Source: Chthonomonadales bacterium | GTDB lineage: Bacteria; Armatimonadota; Chthonomonadetes; Chthonomonadales; CAJBBX01 | Length of the DNA stretch: 64,000 nt | Direction: 5' to 3' | Assembly (NCBI GenBank): GCA_037443035.1 | Contig: JBBIPC010000002.1 | Location: 1 to 64,000 of the forward strand | Shown here: positions 8,479-19,958 of the stretch, one piece after another | How the letters are laid out: each line of letters begins with the position of its first letter | Numbering within the stretch: position 1 is the stretch's first letter | Program-made: the position numbers and the translations under genes | Notes under the pieces: generated by a model | The model's input: the letters and a program-made list of their open reading frames with translations, nothing else | Told to the model about the DNA's origin: nothing | Databases searched by the model: none

Positions 8479-9882
8479 ATGGCCACTGAATCCGAAGACA
8501 TGGACGGTCTGTTCGCTTCGGACGACGATCGGTCGGCCGAAGCTTCTGCACCCCTCGCCGTCCGCATGCGCCCACGAACGCTCGATGAGTTCGTAGGTCA
8601 GGAGGCCATCGTGGGTCCCGGAACCGCATTGCGCCGGGCGATCGAAGGCGACCATCTGAGCTCGGTCGTATTCTGGGGGCCGCCAGGATGTGGCAAGTCT
8701 ACACTGGCCGCGGTCATCTCCCATCTTAGCAAGGCAGCGTTCGAGAACTATAGCGCGGTGACTTCGGGGGTCGCCGACGTCCGGCAGGTCATCGAACGTG
8801 CCCGGGAGAGACGGCGTAAGCTCGGACGCCGAACCATTCTGTTCGTGGATGAAATCCACCGCTGGAACAAGGCACAACAGGACGCTCTCCTGCCTCATGT
8901 CGAGGATGGAACGGTCATTCTCATTGGTACCACAACAGAGAACCCCTTCTTCGAGGTCAATGCACCACTGATCAGCAGGTCACGTGTCTTCCGATTCCAG
9001 CCACTGTCCGACGCGCACATTCGGACAATCTTGGAGCGTGCTCTTGCCGATCCGGACCGAGGGTTGGGAGGTCAGCGGGTGCGCGTAGATGACGACGCTT
9101 TGGACCATCTCATCACCACCGCGGGTGGCGACGCCCGAAGTGCATTGAATGCCCTGGAGACGGCCGCCGCAGTGGCACCCACCGAGCCGGACGGAAGCAG
9201 GCGCATCACGCTCGTGCAAGCTGAACAAGCGGTCCAGCAGCGCGCATTGGGCTACGACAAACGAGGTGACGAGCACTACGACACCATCTCAGCGTTCATC
9301 AAGTCGGTCCGCGGCTCCGACCCCGACGCGGCTATCTACTGGTTGGCCAAGATGCTCGATGCAGGAGAAGACCCGAAGTTCATTGCGCGTCGCCTCGTCA
9401 TTCTTGCCTCCGAGGACATTGGCAACGCAGATCCCATGGCACTCGTCCTCGCCCAGGCCGCCGCCGACGCCGTCATGTTCGTAGGAATGCCGGAAGCGCA
9501 GTTGACACTGGCCCAAGCGACAACCTATCTAGCCTGCGCGCCCAAGAGCAACCGCTCGATGGTGGCCTTGAACCGGGCTCAGAAAGATATCCGCGAGCGC
9601 GGTGCCGCACCTGTTCCACTTCACTTGCGCAATGCACCCCATCCAGCCCTAGGCCAGTTCGGACACGGTAGGGGCTACCTGTACCCCCACGACTTCCCTG
9701 GTGGTTGGGTACCGCAGGAGTACCTGCCTGAGTCGGCCAAGTCAGGTCCCTACTATGAGCCGAGCGACATTGGCCACGAAGCACGCATCAGGGCTCGCCT
9801 GGAGAGCCGCCGTGGCATGCCCGCCGACGAGCCTACGCCGTCGCCCGCAGAGGCAGAGGCGGACAACTCGGAGTCAGTGTAA
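8479..9882 (+). CDS. rarA: Replication-associated recombination protein A (RarA/MgsA AAA+ ATPase)
   Basis: PLAVRMRPRTLDEFVGQ, WGPPGCGKST, FVDEIHRWNKAQQD, ISAFIKSVRGSDPDAA. Confidence 0.95.
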   Translation: MATESEDMDGLFASDDDRSAEASAPLAVRMRPRTLDEFVGQEAIVGPGTALRRAIEGDHLSSVVFWGPPGCGKSTLAAVISHLSKAAFENYSAVTSGVADVRQVIERARERRRKLGRRTILFVDEIHRWNKAQQDALLPHVEDGTVILIGTTTENPFFEVNAPLISRSRVFRFQPLSDAHIRTILERALADPDRGLGGQRVRVDDDALDHLITTAGGDARSALNALETAAAVAPTEPDGSRRITLVQAEQAVQQRALGYDKRGDEHYDTISAFIKSVRGSDPDAAIYWLAKMLDAGEDPKFIARRLVILASEDIGNADPMALVLAQAAADAVMFVGMPEAQLTLAQATTYLACAPKSNRSMVALNRAQKDIRERGAAPVPLHLRNAPHPALGQFGHGRGYLYPHDFPGGWVPQEYLPESAKSGPYYEPSDIGHEARIRARLESRRGMPADEPTPSPAEAEADNSESV

Positions 9883-9904
9883 CGGCTTGCCTGCGGGCAG
9901 GCGG

Positions 9905-10675
9905 TCAGACCTCCACCGCGTACAAGCGCTTCGTGGCACCTACCCACTTCAATGTGTAGCGCGGACCCAGTGCATCCCGCACCAACACGGCGCCTGGATC
10001 GTCCACAGGCACACCCGTCACGCGAGCGAGATCAGTACCCGAAGCATAGGCCCGTCCCTCTCGAATCTCGAGCGGCAGGACAGCTGCGGGGTCGTCGCCA
10101 AGGCCGTGCCGATACACAACGAGCTTCGCCTGCGGCTCCGGCCGATCGGTCATGAGCTGGCGCACAGTCGCGACGATCCAATCCTTGCTCACCCGCGATC
10201 CGGGACAGGTCGTATGGGTAGTTCGCGGATCCTCCTTGTGGAAACGGATCGCTTCCGGAGGGAACCGGCCCTTCTTGCAGAGAGCTGCCAGTGCGGCCAC
10301 GGCATTGTCCCTCACAAGCGCACCCGGCCCAGAGTGGAACTCCTCGCTGCCATACTCGCCCAGCATTTCGACTCCCCACGCGACCTTGTTCCAACTTGGA
10401 CTGTGCACGCCGGGCCGTCCCAACGGATTGAGCACCCAGATCCCGTTCTGATCCACGAAAAGGTGCGGGCACCCACTCCATCCTTTGCCGACGTAGAAAC
10501 CGTACAGATTCTCGATGTGTTGCGGAGTGAACCCATGGGGCCGCTGTGCCAAGGACGGAACCGCCGTGTTATGGACTACGACGAACTCCGGCTGCCACGT
10601 TCTCAGAGGCTCTGCTGCCACATACACTTCGAACTGCTCCGCGCTGAATCGGCGGCCGACAATGCTCCATGCCAT
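9905..10675 (-). CDS. N-acetylmuramoyl-L-alanine amidase (Amidase_2 / PGRP-like)
   Basis: [30 protein letters not shown]...TCPG zinc-amidase pattern. Confidence 0.8.
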   Translation of the reverse strand: MAWSIVGRRFSAEQFEVYVAAEPLRTWQPEFVVVHNTAVPSLAQRPHGFTPQHIENLYGFYVGKGWSGCPHLFVDQNGIWVLNPLGRPGVHSPSWNKVAWGVEMLGEYGSEEFHSGPGALVRDNAVAALAALCKKGRFPPEAIRFHKEDPRTTHTTCPGSRVSKDWIVATVRQLMTDRPEPQAKLVVYRHGLGDDPAAVLPLEIREGRAYASGTDLARVTGVPVDDPGAVLVRDALGPRYTLKWVGATKRLYAVEV

Positions 10676-10832
10676 CCCTCGTCTCCTTTGCCCCGCGCTA
10701 GCACCAGTATACGCGCAGTCCGTGCCGATTGGTGTATGGCCCTGCAACGTGCATCGTACTGCGCTGGGGTACAGTGAGAAGCCCGAGAAGCATGGCAGGC
10801 AGCTGCCGGGATTGTATAGACGGGAGTCCAAT

Positions 10833-11726
10833 ATGACGCTGCAAGACCTTCTCATGACATTGGAGCGCTACTGGGCCGCGCACGGGTGTATCATTCTCCA
10901 ACCCTATGACGTGGAAGTGGGAGCTGGGACCAACGCGCCCATGACGACACTGCGATCGCTCGGACCGGAGCCGTGGAACGTGGCCTATGTCCAGCCGTCC
11001 CGACGCCCGGCAGACGGACGATATGCCATGAACCCCATGCGCATGCAGCGCTACCTCCAATACCAGGTCATTCTGAAGCCATCGCCTGACGATATCGTGG
11101 ATATCTACCTAGCCAGCCTCGAGGAGCTAGGCATTCGAGCCGAGGAGCACGACATCCGCTTCGTTGAGGACGACTGGGAAGCTCCTACGCTCGGCGCCCA
11201 GGGCGTCGGTTGGGAGGTCTGGTTGGATGGCACGGAAATAACGCAGTTCACATATTTCCAACAGATGGGCGGCATCGAACTGAAGACCGTCTCTGGCGAG
11301 ATCACGTACGGCGTCGAGCGGCTTGCCTGCATTCTCCAGGGGGTTGACAGCGTCTGGGATCTCGAATGGGGCCATGGCATCACCTATGGCGAGTGCGAAC
11401 GCGAGTATGAACGCCAGCACTGCGTCTACAACTTCGAGGAAGCGGACGTCCAGATGCTATTCGACATGTTCAGCCGCTACGAGGCGGAGAGCATGAGGGT
11501 GTGCGCCAAGGGTCTCGTTTTCCCGGCCTTCGACTTGGCGCTCAAGTGCTCGCACATCTTCAATCTTCTGGATGCGCGTGGGAGCATCTCGGTCACCGAG
11601 CGCGCTTCGTATATCAACCGCGTGCGCGCTCTCTCCAGGCGTTGCTGCCTCGGGTATCTCGAGCAGCGTGAAGAGGCAGGTTGGCCCCTCGCGAGGAGTG
11701 CAGCTGCCGCAGCCGCAGTCTCCTAG
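10833..11726 (+). CDS. glyQ: Glycine--tRNA ligase alpha subunit
   Basis: [48 protein letters not shown]. Confidence 0.97.
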   Translation: MTLQDLLMTLERYWAAHGCIILQPYDVEVGAGTNAPMTTLRSLGPEPWNVAYVQPSRRPADGRYAMNPMRMQRYLQYQVILKPSPDDIVDIYLASLEELGIRAEEHDIRFVEDDWEAPTLGAQGVGWEVWLDGTEITQFTYFQQMGGIELKTVSGEITYGVERLACILQGVDSVWDLEWGHGITYGECEREYERQHCVYNFEEADVQMLFDMFSRYEAESMRVCAKGLVFPAFDLALKCSHIFNLLDARGSISVTERASYINRVRALSRRCCLGYLEQREEAGWPLARSAAAAAAVS

Positions 11727-11738
11727 GCACGGCAATCC

Positions 11739-13448
11739 ATGTTCCGAGGCCACAACTCAGCACCTTCGCACAGCCTGATTCTGGTGACAATGCTCGGGCT
11801 GACGATGCTGCTAGGACACGCGTGCTCCCGTTTCGCCCAGCCGCGCCTGCCGCTGCGATGGCTCTACCTGCACACGAAGTTCGCTGCTCTGAACGGCGTT
11901 GACGATGCCGAGGCGGTCATGAAACGTGCCGCGGCCGTGGGCTGCAATGGCGTAATCCTCGCCGAAGCGACTCTGTCCCGGGGAACGAGGACTCCGGACA
12001 GAGACCGGGCGAACTTCTCCAGGATCAAACGGCTGGCGGAGCAACTGAACATCGAGATAATCCCCGCCGTCTTCCTGCCAACTTCCGTTACTGTCCGCGA
12101 TCCCAATCTCGTCGAGGCCATGCCTGTTCGCAATGCGCTCTTCGTTGTCGAGAACGGCACCGCGCGCCTGGAGCCGGACCCGCCAGTCATGCTGGCAAAC
12201 GGCAGCTTCGAGGAAGGGCCTTCGGATGCGCCGTCCAGCTGGTTTGTACGGGCCACGGGCGGTGTTACGATTATTGCCGACGACGCCGTTTCCAGAAATG
12301 GACGCCGGTCGCTGCGGGTTACGGATCCCACCCCTGACGACAAGGGCACCGTGTCGTTCTGGCAATCGGTGGCTGTGGCTCCGTGGCGCCAGTACCATCT
12401 CTCGCTCTGGGTGAAGACGCAGGGCTTCTCCGCCGCGACAGCTCTCCAGCCATGGATCGTGGACGACAGCGGGCGTCCGCTGAACTACTCCCAGTGGAAG
12501 CTTCCAAGCGATGCCGACTGGACGCTGCTTCATGCTGTGTTCAACAGCCAGGCCAATCGGCGCATCAGTGTTCGCCTCAGCGTTCAGCAGCCACGCGGCA
12601 TGCTCTGGTTGGATGATGTTCAGCTCCAAGAGGTAGGCTTGGTCAACCTCGTGCGGAGGCCCGGATGCCCCCTTGTCATCCGAGGCGACGATGGCACCGT
12701 CTATTCCGAGGGACAGGACTACGCGCCAGTGGCCGACCCGTTGCTGGGGCGCTCGCCAGTGTTGGGGGCCTACTCCAGTTACCACACTCCACCAGACGGC
12801 ATTCGCCTCGTACCTGGGAGCCGAATACCCTCTGGGGCGCGCCTGCGTGTCTCCTATTACCACTGCCCGGTAGTCTACGATCGAGCAGTCTGTCAGTGTC
12901 TCAGCGAGCCGGCCACGTACGATGCCATGGAGCAGGAAGTCCGGCGTGTACAAGACCTCCTTGCTCCGGCACGCTACATGATGAGCCACGACGAGATGCG
13001 CGTCATCAACTGGTGCGAGGTCTGTCGCAAGCGCAACATGACGCCTGGCGAGCTGCTCGCTGATAACGTACGCCGATCTGTGGCCATCATCCGCAACGTC
13101 AACCCGCAAGCAAAGGTGGCGGTCTGGTCCGATATGTTCGATCCACGGCACAATGCCAGAGATCAGTACTATCTGGTGAACGGTTCCCTGAGTGGCTCGT
13201 GGAACGGACTGCCGTCGGACGTGCTTATCGTCAACTGGAATAGCACTGCGCCGGCCGCAAGCCTTCGCTGGTTCTCTGAGCGTGGCCACCGGCAGGTGAT
13301 AGCCGCCTACTACGACAGTCCGTTGGAGCGGGTGCGCGACTGGCTGGAAGCCGCCCAAGGTGTTCAGGGTGTGGATGGCATCATGTACACCACGTGGGTA
13401 CGCAACTACCGCGATCTCGAGGAGTTCGCAAAGATCGCTTGGCGGTAG
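11739..13448 (+). CDS. Secreted putative glycoside hydrolase (TIM-barrel, GH20-like) with inserted CBM4/9-like domain
   Basis: Signal-like N-terminus; LANGSFEEG...WLDDVQL CBM pattern; MMSHDEMR, VWSDMF and GIMYTTW motifs. Confidence 0.6.
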   Translation: MFRGHNSAPSHSLILVTMLGLTMLLGHACSRFAQPRLPLRWLYLHTKFAALNGVDDAEAVMKRAAAVGCNGVILAEATLSRGTRTPDRDRANFSRIKRLAEQLNIEIIPAVFLPTSVTVRDPNLVEAMPVRNALFVVENGTARLEPDPPVMLANGSFEEGPSDAPSSWFVRATGGVTIIADDAVSRNGRRSLRVTDPTPDDKGTVSFWQSVAVAPWRQYHLSLWVKTQGFSAATALQPWIVDDSGRPLNYSQWKLPSDADWTLLHAVFNSQANRRISVRLSVQQPRGMLWLDDVQLQEVGLVNLVRRPGCPLVIRGDDGTVYSEGQDYAPVADPLLGRSPVLGAYSSYHTPPDGIRLVPGSRIPSGARLRVSYYHCPVVYDRAVCQCLSEPATYDAMEQEVRRVQDLLAPARYMMSHDEMRVINWCEVCRKRNMTPGELLADNVRRSVAIIRNVNPQAKVAVWSDMFDPRHNARDQYYLVNGSLSGSWNGLPSDVLIVNWNSTAPAASLRWFSERGHRQVIAAYYDSPLERVRDWLEAAQGVQGVDGIMYTTWVRNYRDLEEFAKIAWR

Positions 13449-13670
13449 CGCCGCGCACAGTGGTAGTCTGTCCGCATAGCGCCAGCGCTTCATGTCCGCC
13501 CCCTCGCAGGTCTGCGTGCGGACGACGCTCGATCCGTTCATGACGCCGATCCGACTCCTTGCACGCGCGAGCACCATAGTGGCGTACCTGCCGCAGCGTC
13601 GCCCGGTTGCACGTCCAGTACAGCTTCGCCAGGCGTGGTACCATTCTCGCATCATCCTAAGGGAGCAACG

Positions 13671-14738
13671 ATGAAGACCTATACGATCGCCGTCATTCCC
13701 GGTGACGGCACGGGCCCGGAAGTTGTGCGCGAAGGACGCAAGGTGCTGGAGGCCGTCGCGGCATGCTATGACCTCGCACTCGAGTTCCACGAATTCGATT
13801 TCGGAGGCGCGCGTTATCTCCGCACGGGAGAGACACTGCCGGACAGCGCGCTCGAGGAACTGCGTCGCTTCGATGCCATCTACCTGGGGGCCATCGGCCA
13901 TCCGGATGTGAAGCCAGGAATCCTCGAAAAGGGCATCCTCCTGAAGATACGCTTTGCGCTGGATCAATACATCAACCTCCGGCCTGTGAAGCTTTACCCG
14001 AACGTGGATACACCGTTGAAGGACAAGGGACCTGCCGACATTGACTTCGTGATCGTTCGGGAAAACACGGGTGGCATCTACACAGGCATCGGAGGCTCCA
14101 CCATGGTCGGTACGCCTCATGAGGTTGCCACCCAGGTGATGCTCTACTCGCGCCCCGTCGTGGAGCGGTGTGTCCGCTACGCTTACGAGTTGACACGGAA
14201 GCGCAATCGAAAGAAGCTGCTGACGCTGGTGCACAAATGCAATGTTCTCACTGACGTGGGGGACCTCTGGGTCCGGGTGCACAAAGAAGTCGGCGACGCC
14301 GAGTATCCGGACATCCGTCAGGACTACAACCACGTGGACGCATGCACCATGTGGATGGTCAAGAGCCCTGAGTTCTACGATGTGATCGTTACGGAGAACC
14401 TCTTCGGAGACATCATCACAGACCTGGGCGCCATGATCCAGGGCGGCATGGGTATCGCCGCAGGCGGCAATATCAACCCCGCGGGCGTCTCCATGTTCGA
14501 ACCTATTGGTGGGAGTGCACCCAAGTACACTGGTCAGGGCGTCATCAATCCGCTGGCTGCCATCTGTGCGGCTGGCATGATGCTCGATACCCTGGGCGAG
14601 GAAGCTGCCGCAGCAGCGGTGGACAGTGCCGTTCATGACGCCCTCGCCTCGGGCCGCATTCGTTCTCTAGCCGCGGGTCAGATGGGAATGAGCACGACCG
14701 AAGTCGGAGACTTCGTGGCCGGGCTGGTCGCAGGGTAG
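13671..14738 (+). CDS. leuB: 3-isopropylmalate dehydrogenase
   Basis: [52 protein letters not shown]. Confidence 0.88.
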   Translation: MKTYTIAVIPGDGTGPEVVREGRKVLEAVAACYDLALEFHEFDFGGARYLRTGETLPDSALEELRRFDAIYLGAIGHPDVKPGILEKGILLKIRFALDQYINLRPVKLYPNVDTPLKDKGPADIDFVIVRENTGGIYTGIGGSTMVGTPHEVATQVMLYSRPVVERCVRYAYELTRKRNRKKLLTLVHKCNVLTDVGDLWVRVHKEVGDAEYPDIRQDYNHVDACTMWMVKSPEFYDVIVTENLFGDIITDLGAMIQGGMGIAAGGNINPAGVSMFEPIGGSAPKYTGQGVINPLAAICAAGMMLDTLGEEAAAAAVDSAVHDALASGRIRSLAAGQMGMSTTEVGDFVAGLVAG

Positions 14739-14811
14739 CAGCTCAGTGGACTACGTCGTGCGTGCTCACCAGGCTGCACCGCCACTGTCAAATCGCGATG
14801 ATGCTTCGTGC

Positions 14812-14840
14812 TTGCATTTCGCAGGTGCGTGGGGTATGAA
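14812..14840 (+). promoter_or_regulatory. Putative sigma70 promoter for APC permease
   Basis: TTGCAT-N17-TATGAA in the intergenic region. Confidence 0.35.
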
Positions 14841-14963
14841 TAGCCCCCGAATGGGAACAGCCAGAGGAAATAAGTCCGGTACGTTACGATCAGTGCATCC
14901 CTCTCGATCGGCCGACGGGAGCGGAGCGGAGTCGCGCTGTCGCTGTTCGCAGGGAGTCAGTAG

Positions 14964-16923
14964 GTGAGAAGCTCAGCCGCCCAGGCGCACACATCTCGGC
15001 AACGTCGCATGATTCATCCGGTGAACCCGCTGCGCCTACTGCTGTTCGGGTTTCCCGTTGCCACCGACCAGCAAGAGCACACGAGGCTACGCAAACTCGT
15101 GGCGCTCCCCGTGTTCGCATCGGATGCCATCTCCTCCTCGGCCTATGCCACCCAGGAGATCCTGCTGGTGCTGGGAACGGCAGGTCTCTGGGCGACCCAT
15201 CCCGACCTCTATGCGCGACTGCCCATCCTGATCACCCTGGCGATCATCGCGCTGCTGGGTGTGGTTGTGCTCTCGTACTGGCAGACCATCTTCGCCTATC
15301 CATCCGGTGGAGGATCTTACATCGTCAGCAGCGAGAACCTCGGGCCTATGCTCGGTCTCGTCGCTGCTGGCGCTCTGCTGACGGATTACGTGCTGACCGT
15401 GGCGGTCTCGGTTGCGTCTGGTGTTCAGAACCTGCTTGGCACGCCGGTGATGCAGTTCGCTGCTAACCACCCTGCCGGCGTGTGCGTGATACTCATTGCG
15501 ATTGTGTGTCTTGCCAACCTGCGCGGTCTACGGGAGTCCGGCACTGTTTTCGCCGTTCCCACCTACCTGTTCATCAGCGCCGCAAGTGCGATGATCGTCA
15601 TGGGTTTCCTCGGCCCGCACTTCGGCATTCGGCTTCACTCTTCTGCGGTTACTCGGAGTCTCCCGCCAGGCGCGTACCATCCCGTCGCGCATCTCTCCAG
15701 CACAATGCTCCTTTTCCTTGCGCTGAAGGCTTTCGCCAGCGGATGCTCGGCCATGACGGGTACGGAAGCTGTCAGCAACGGCATACCCGCCTTTCGGCGT
15801 CCAGAATGCCGCAACGCTGCGATGACCCTCGTGGCCATGGCGATCATACTCTCTGGACTCTTCCTGGGAATCACTCTGCTGGCTGTTCGGCTTGGCGTAG
15901 TGTACGGCCATCACGGCCACGACACACCCCCCGCTGTCATAGACCAGCTTGCCCGTGCAGTCTTCGGCAGAGGGTCTGCGATGTATTAGATAATGCAGTT
16001 CGGGAACCGGAGGCATACTCATCCTCGCGGCGAACACGAGCTTCGCCGACTTCCCCAGGCTCGCCGCCATACTCTCTCGAGATCGCTACATGCCCCGGCA
16101 GCTCTCCAATCAGGGTGACAAGCTCGTTTTCTCCAACGGCATCGTGCTACTTGCCATCCTGGCCATGGCACTGATCGTCGCATTCCACGGCAGTGTGGAC
16201 CGTCTGATCCCGCTCTACGCACTGGGTGTGTTCACAGCGTTCACTCTTTCGCAGGGCGGCATGGTAAGGCACTGGCTCAAGGTCCGCGGTCCCGTCTGGA
16301 TCGTGAAATGCGCAGTCAACGGACTTGGTGCGGCGTGTACGGCCATCGTTCTCGGTGTCATCGCCACCGAGAAGTTCCATGAGGGCGCGTGGATCGTGAT
16401 CGTCCTAGTGAGCATTCTCGTTGCCATGTTCACTAGTATCCGGCGGCACTACGAGTTCGTGAGGAGGAACCTATCCATCGCCGACGGAGCGCCCACGCGG
16501 CCTCGCAAGGCCAACACGGTTCTCGTTCTGGTACCGAGCCTCCATAGGGGTATCTTCCCAGCTCTGGATTATGCCCGCGGAATCAGCCCTGACTGTCGCG
16601 CCATTCACATTGAGATAGACCCGAACGAAGTGCGCCGTCTCATCGCCGACTGGGAGCGCAACGTCGGAGATGACGTGCCTCTTGTCATCTTGCCGTCGCC
16701 CTATCGCTCCCTCATTGGCCCCCTCATGGCCTATCTCGACGAGGTACAGCGAGAACGGCCTGACCACGTGGTTACCGTAGTGCTACCAGAGTTCGTGTCC
16801 ACTAAGTGGTGGCGCAGTCTGCTCCACAACGCCAATGGCCCCCTCCTCAAGCTGTACCTCTCGCAGCGACCAGGAGTGGTGCTGACGAATGTCCGCTATT
16901 TCCTCGGTCAGGCCGAGACCTAA
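14964..16923 (+). pseudogene. Disrupted APC-family permease (YdaO/KimA-like K+/amino acid transporter)
   Basis: ALPVFASDAISSSAYATQE, YPSGGGSY and TGTEAVSNG in the 5' part; ILAANTSFADFPRL in the 3' part. In-frame TAG at 15987-15989 and a +1 frameshift near 16002-16005. Confidence 0.8.
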
Positions 16924-16988
16924 CAGGAACGCCTGCGCGGACTGCCGAACTGCAGGTTCAACACTGAAAGCAAGGAGTGAATCGCTCT

Positions 16989-18287
16989 ATGGACGTCCGT
17001 CCCACTATCGGTGACGCATCCTGGTTCGTTCACGATCGGTTCGGCATGTTCATTCACTGGGGGCTCTACGCCCTTCCTGCACGACACGAATGGGTCAAGC
17101 AACGGGAGCGCATGACCAACGAGGCATACGAAAAGTACTTCCGGCACTTCGACCCCGATCTTTACGATCCAGAGCGGTGGGCTGAAGCCGCCGCTGGGGC
17201 CGGCATGAAGTACTTCGTCGTGACCACCAAGCATCATGAGGGCTTCTGCCTCTGGGACACGAAGGCCGGTGACTACAAGGTGACGAACACGCCATATGGT
17301 CGGGACCTTCTCCATCCCATGGTAGATGCCTTTCGCTCGCGCGGTCTGCGAGTCGGTTTCTACCACTCGCTCATTGACTGGCACCACGAGCACTTCATCA
17401 TTGACGACGTACACGCGCTCCGAGATCATCCGGGTCGTGCAGCCATGAACGAAAACAGGGACCAGGCCAGGTATGCAGAGTATCTCCATGCCCAGGTCCG
17501 CGAGCTGCTCACAGAGTTCGGGAAGATAGACATCCTCTGGTGCGACTTCAGCTACCCGAGCCGCGAAGGCTTCGTGGGGAAAGGACGGGACGACTGGCAG
17601 AGCGAGAAGCTCTACGCCATGATCCGCGAGCTACAACCGCACGTTCTCCTGAATGACCGTCTCGACCTGCCTGAGGGATGGGACTTCAAGACACCAGAGC
17701 AGTATCAGCCGAGGGAGTGGGTCACCGTTGGAGGTCAGCCCGTCGTCTGGGAGGCTTGCCAGACGTTCTCAGGCTCTTGGGGCTACCACCGCGACGAAGC
17801 GAGTTGGAAGAGCGTGGATCAGCTCGTCCAGATGCTCATTGACACGGTGAGCAAGGGAGGCAACCTCCTGCTCAACGTCGGTCCGACGGGACGGGGTGAG
17901 TTCGACGAGCGCGCACTGGACCGTCTCGCAGGCATGGGTGAGTGGATGAAACGTCACTCCCGATCCATCTACGGATGCACTCAGGCACCGCCGGAGTTCC
18001 CCACCCCGCAGGATTGCCGCCTGACCTACAATCCGAGCACGAATCGCATGTACGTCCATGTCTTCGCATGGCCGTTCGTACATCTTCACTTGGATGGCTT
18101 CGCTGGACGCGTGGAATACGCTCAGCTTCTCAACGATGCCTCGGAGATCCCCATGCGAGGACCGGAGGAGTGGCAGACTTCCGGCAAGGACCGGGCCAGG
18201 GATCGGGAGACTCTGACCCTCACTCTGCCGGTACAGAAACCAAACGTCACAGTGCCGGTCATTGAGTTGTTCATGAAACCCGCCTGA
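16989..18287 (+). CDS. Alpha-L-fucosidase (GH29)
   Basis: RFGMFIHWGLY, TTKHHEGFCLW, DILWCDFS, GGNLLLNVGP. Confidence 0.92.
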   Translation: MDVRPTIGDASWFVHDRFGMFIHWGLYALPARHEWVKQRERMTNEAYEKYFRHFDPDLYDPERWAEAAAGAGMKYFVVTTKHHEGFCLWDTKAGDYKVTNTPYGRDLLHPMVDAFRSRGLRVGFYHSLIDWHHEHFIIDDVHALRDHPGRAAMNENRDQARYAEYLHAQVRELLTEFGKIDILWCDFSYPSREGFVGKGRDDWQSEKLYAMIRELQPHVLLNDRLDLPEGWDFKTPEQYQPREWVTVGGQPVVWEACQTFSGSWGYHRDEASWKSVDQLVQMLIDTVSKGGNLLLNVGPTGRGEFDERALDRLAGMGEWMKRHSRSIYGCTQAPPEFPTPQDCRLTYNPSTNRMYVHVFAWPFVHLHLDGFAGRVEYAQLLNDASEIPMRGPEEWQTSGKDRARDRETLTLTLPVQKPNVTVPVIELFMKPA

Positions 18288-18288
18288 A

Positions 18289-18341
18289 GCATCCTGATGC
18301 TGCCACAACGATCCCAGCAGTCGGAGGCAGCGTCATGATGC
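18289..18341 (+). terminator. Intergenic stem-loop (terminator or mRNA-stabilising hairpin)
   Basis: GCATCCTGATGCTGCC...GGCAGCGTCATGATGC imperfect inverted repeat right after the fucosidase stop; no U-tract. Confidence 0.35.
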
Positions 18342-18426
18342 AGGTCAGGTGGTAGCATAGTCTGGCAGACCCGCCAGGGGGATCATCCCGGCCGGGGATT
18401 GCAACATCGTCAGGAGACCTCGCGCA

Positions 18427-19755
18427 ATGCCTAAGATCACCTTCATTGGCGCCGGCAGCCTCGGATTCACCCGCGGTCTTGTGAGGGATATTCTCACCTT
18501 CCCGGCGCTGGCCGATTCCACTCTGAGCCTGATGGACATAGACCCGGAACGCTTGGAGTTCGCCGAGACTGCTGTCCGGCGTATTGTCAAGGCCGGCAAC
18601 TACCCGGCCAAAGTCGAAGCGACGTTGGACCGACGGCAGGCTCTGGACGGGGCAGACGCTGTGCTCTGCACCATCCTGGCTGCGCCCACAAGCGTGTGGC
18701 GTCACGACATCGAGATACCCAAGAAGTACGGTGTGGATATCAACGTCGGCGACACACGCGGCCCGGCTGGTGTGTTCCGCGCCCTCCGCACGATTCCGGT
18801 CATGGTGAGCATTTGCAGGGACATGGAGGAGCTGTGCCCCGACGCGATCCTGCTGAACTACACAAACCCCATGGCCATGCTCTGCCGGGCCATGCAGGGC
18901 GTGTCGAAGATCAAGCTTAGCGGCCTCTGCCATAGCGTCCAGGGTACAGCATGGATGCTCGCCAGCTGGATCGGCGCGCCCATGGAAGAAGTGACATACC
19001 TCTGCGCCGGCATCAACCATCAGGCGTTCTACATCGAGTTCAAGTGGAACGGCAAGGACGCCTACCCGCTCATCCGAGAAGCCATCGAGCGTCCTGAGAT
19101 CTACAACGAAGAGATCGTCCGTAACGAGATGTTCAAGCACCTTGGGTACTACGTGACCGAGTCGAGCGGCCATAACTCCGAGTATGTGGCGTGGTTCCGC
19201 AAGCGACCGGATCTCATCGAGAAGTACTGCACCCACGGCACAGGCTGGAACCCTGGTCACCATCGCTACATCCTGGACGAGTACCTCAGGCGCGAGGACA
19301 CGTGGAAAGAGGAGACGCGGGCGTGGCTGGCCAAGGATGAGCCGATTGACCTGAAGCGCGGCCATGAGTACGCAGCCAGCATCATCAACGCCTACTGCGG
19401 CGATGGGACACTCTTCGAGTTCAACGGCAACGTGCGGAACTTCGGACTGGTTGACAACCTGCCCGAGGGATGTTGCGTCGAAGTGCCCGTCTTGGCAAGC
19501 AAGCGAGGCCTCGATCCCATGCACGTGGGTTCGCTGCCACCTCAGTGCGCGGCGCTATGCTCCATCAGCGCCCAGAACGAGGAGATGGCGGTCGCGTCGG
19601 CTCTCACCGGCGATCCACGCCTTGCCTTCTGGTCCATCTGCTACGATCCGCTGACGTCGGCGGTCCTCTCGCTAGAAGAGATTCGGAGCATGGTCAAGGA
19701 CCTGTTCGCGGTGAACAAGGACTACCTACCCCAGTTCAAGAGCGTGGACTTCTGA
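18427..19755 (+). CDS. melA: Alpha-galactosidase / alpha-glucosidase (GH4, MelA-like)
   Basis: [48 protein letters not shown]. Confidence 0.85.
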   Translation: MPKITFIGAGSLGFTRGLVRDILTFPALADSTLSLMDIDPERLEFAETAVRRIVKAGNYPAKVEATLDRRQALDGADAVLCTILAAPTSVWRHDIEIPKKYGVDINVGDTRGPAGVFRALRTIPVMVSICRDMEELCPDAILLNYTNPMAMLCRAMQGVSKIKLSGLCHSVQGTAWMLASWIGAPMEEVTYLCAGINHQAFYIEFKWNGKDAYPLIREAIERPEIYNEEIVRNEMFKHLGYYVTESSGHNSEYVAWFRKRPDLIEKYCTHGTGWNPGHHRYILDEYLRREDTWKEETRAWLAKDEPIDLKRGHEYAASIINAYCGDGTLFEFNGNVRNFGLVDNLPEGCCVEVPVLASKRGLDPMHVGSLPPQCAALCSISAQNEEMAVASALTGDPRLAFWSICYDPLTSAVLSLEEIRSMVKDLFAVNKDYLPQFKSVDF

Positions 19756-19958
19756 CACTAACCCTTGGGTGCTGCGGCGGATCGAGGGCCCGGCGGCCGA
19801 CACCGAGTCCTCCATCCGAAGCCTGTTCGAGACACTTGGCTAACACCACGCCTACCAATCCAACTCGCGAGTAGACACGCGGTCGGAAGCCCTATCCCGC
19901 TGCACGCAAGCCAGGCCGACGGCGAGACGTGCCCCGTGCCCGAACGGTCAGGCAAAGG

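Noticed and set aside
11811..14636. 941-aa minus-strand ORF
   Set aside because: It is an antisense shadow of leuB and the upstream GH-like gene, with no recognisable motifs. Long shadow ORFs are expected at this GC content.
14739..14963. c-di-AMP (ydaO) riboswitch upstream of the YdaO/KimA-like permease
   Set aside because: It was expected from context, but the conserved GCTGAATCC, GGGGTGAAT and CCGTCAGCTAAC-like elements were not found.
15987..15989. Programmed TAG readthrough or pyrrolysine
   Set aside because: TAG ends many genes in this window, no pyl genes are present, and an additional frameshift is needed anyway.
19756..19958. 200-bp gap between convergent GH4 and GH3 genes as possible ncRNA or small gene
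   Set aside because: No recognisable RNA motif, repeat or convincing ORF with an RBS.
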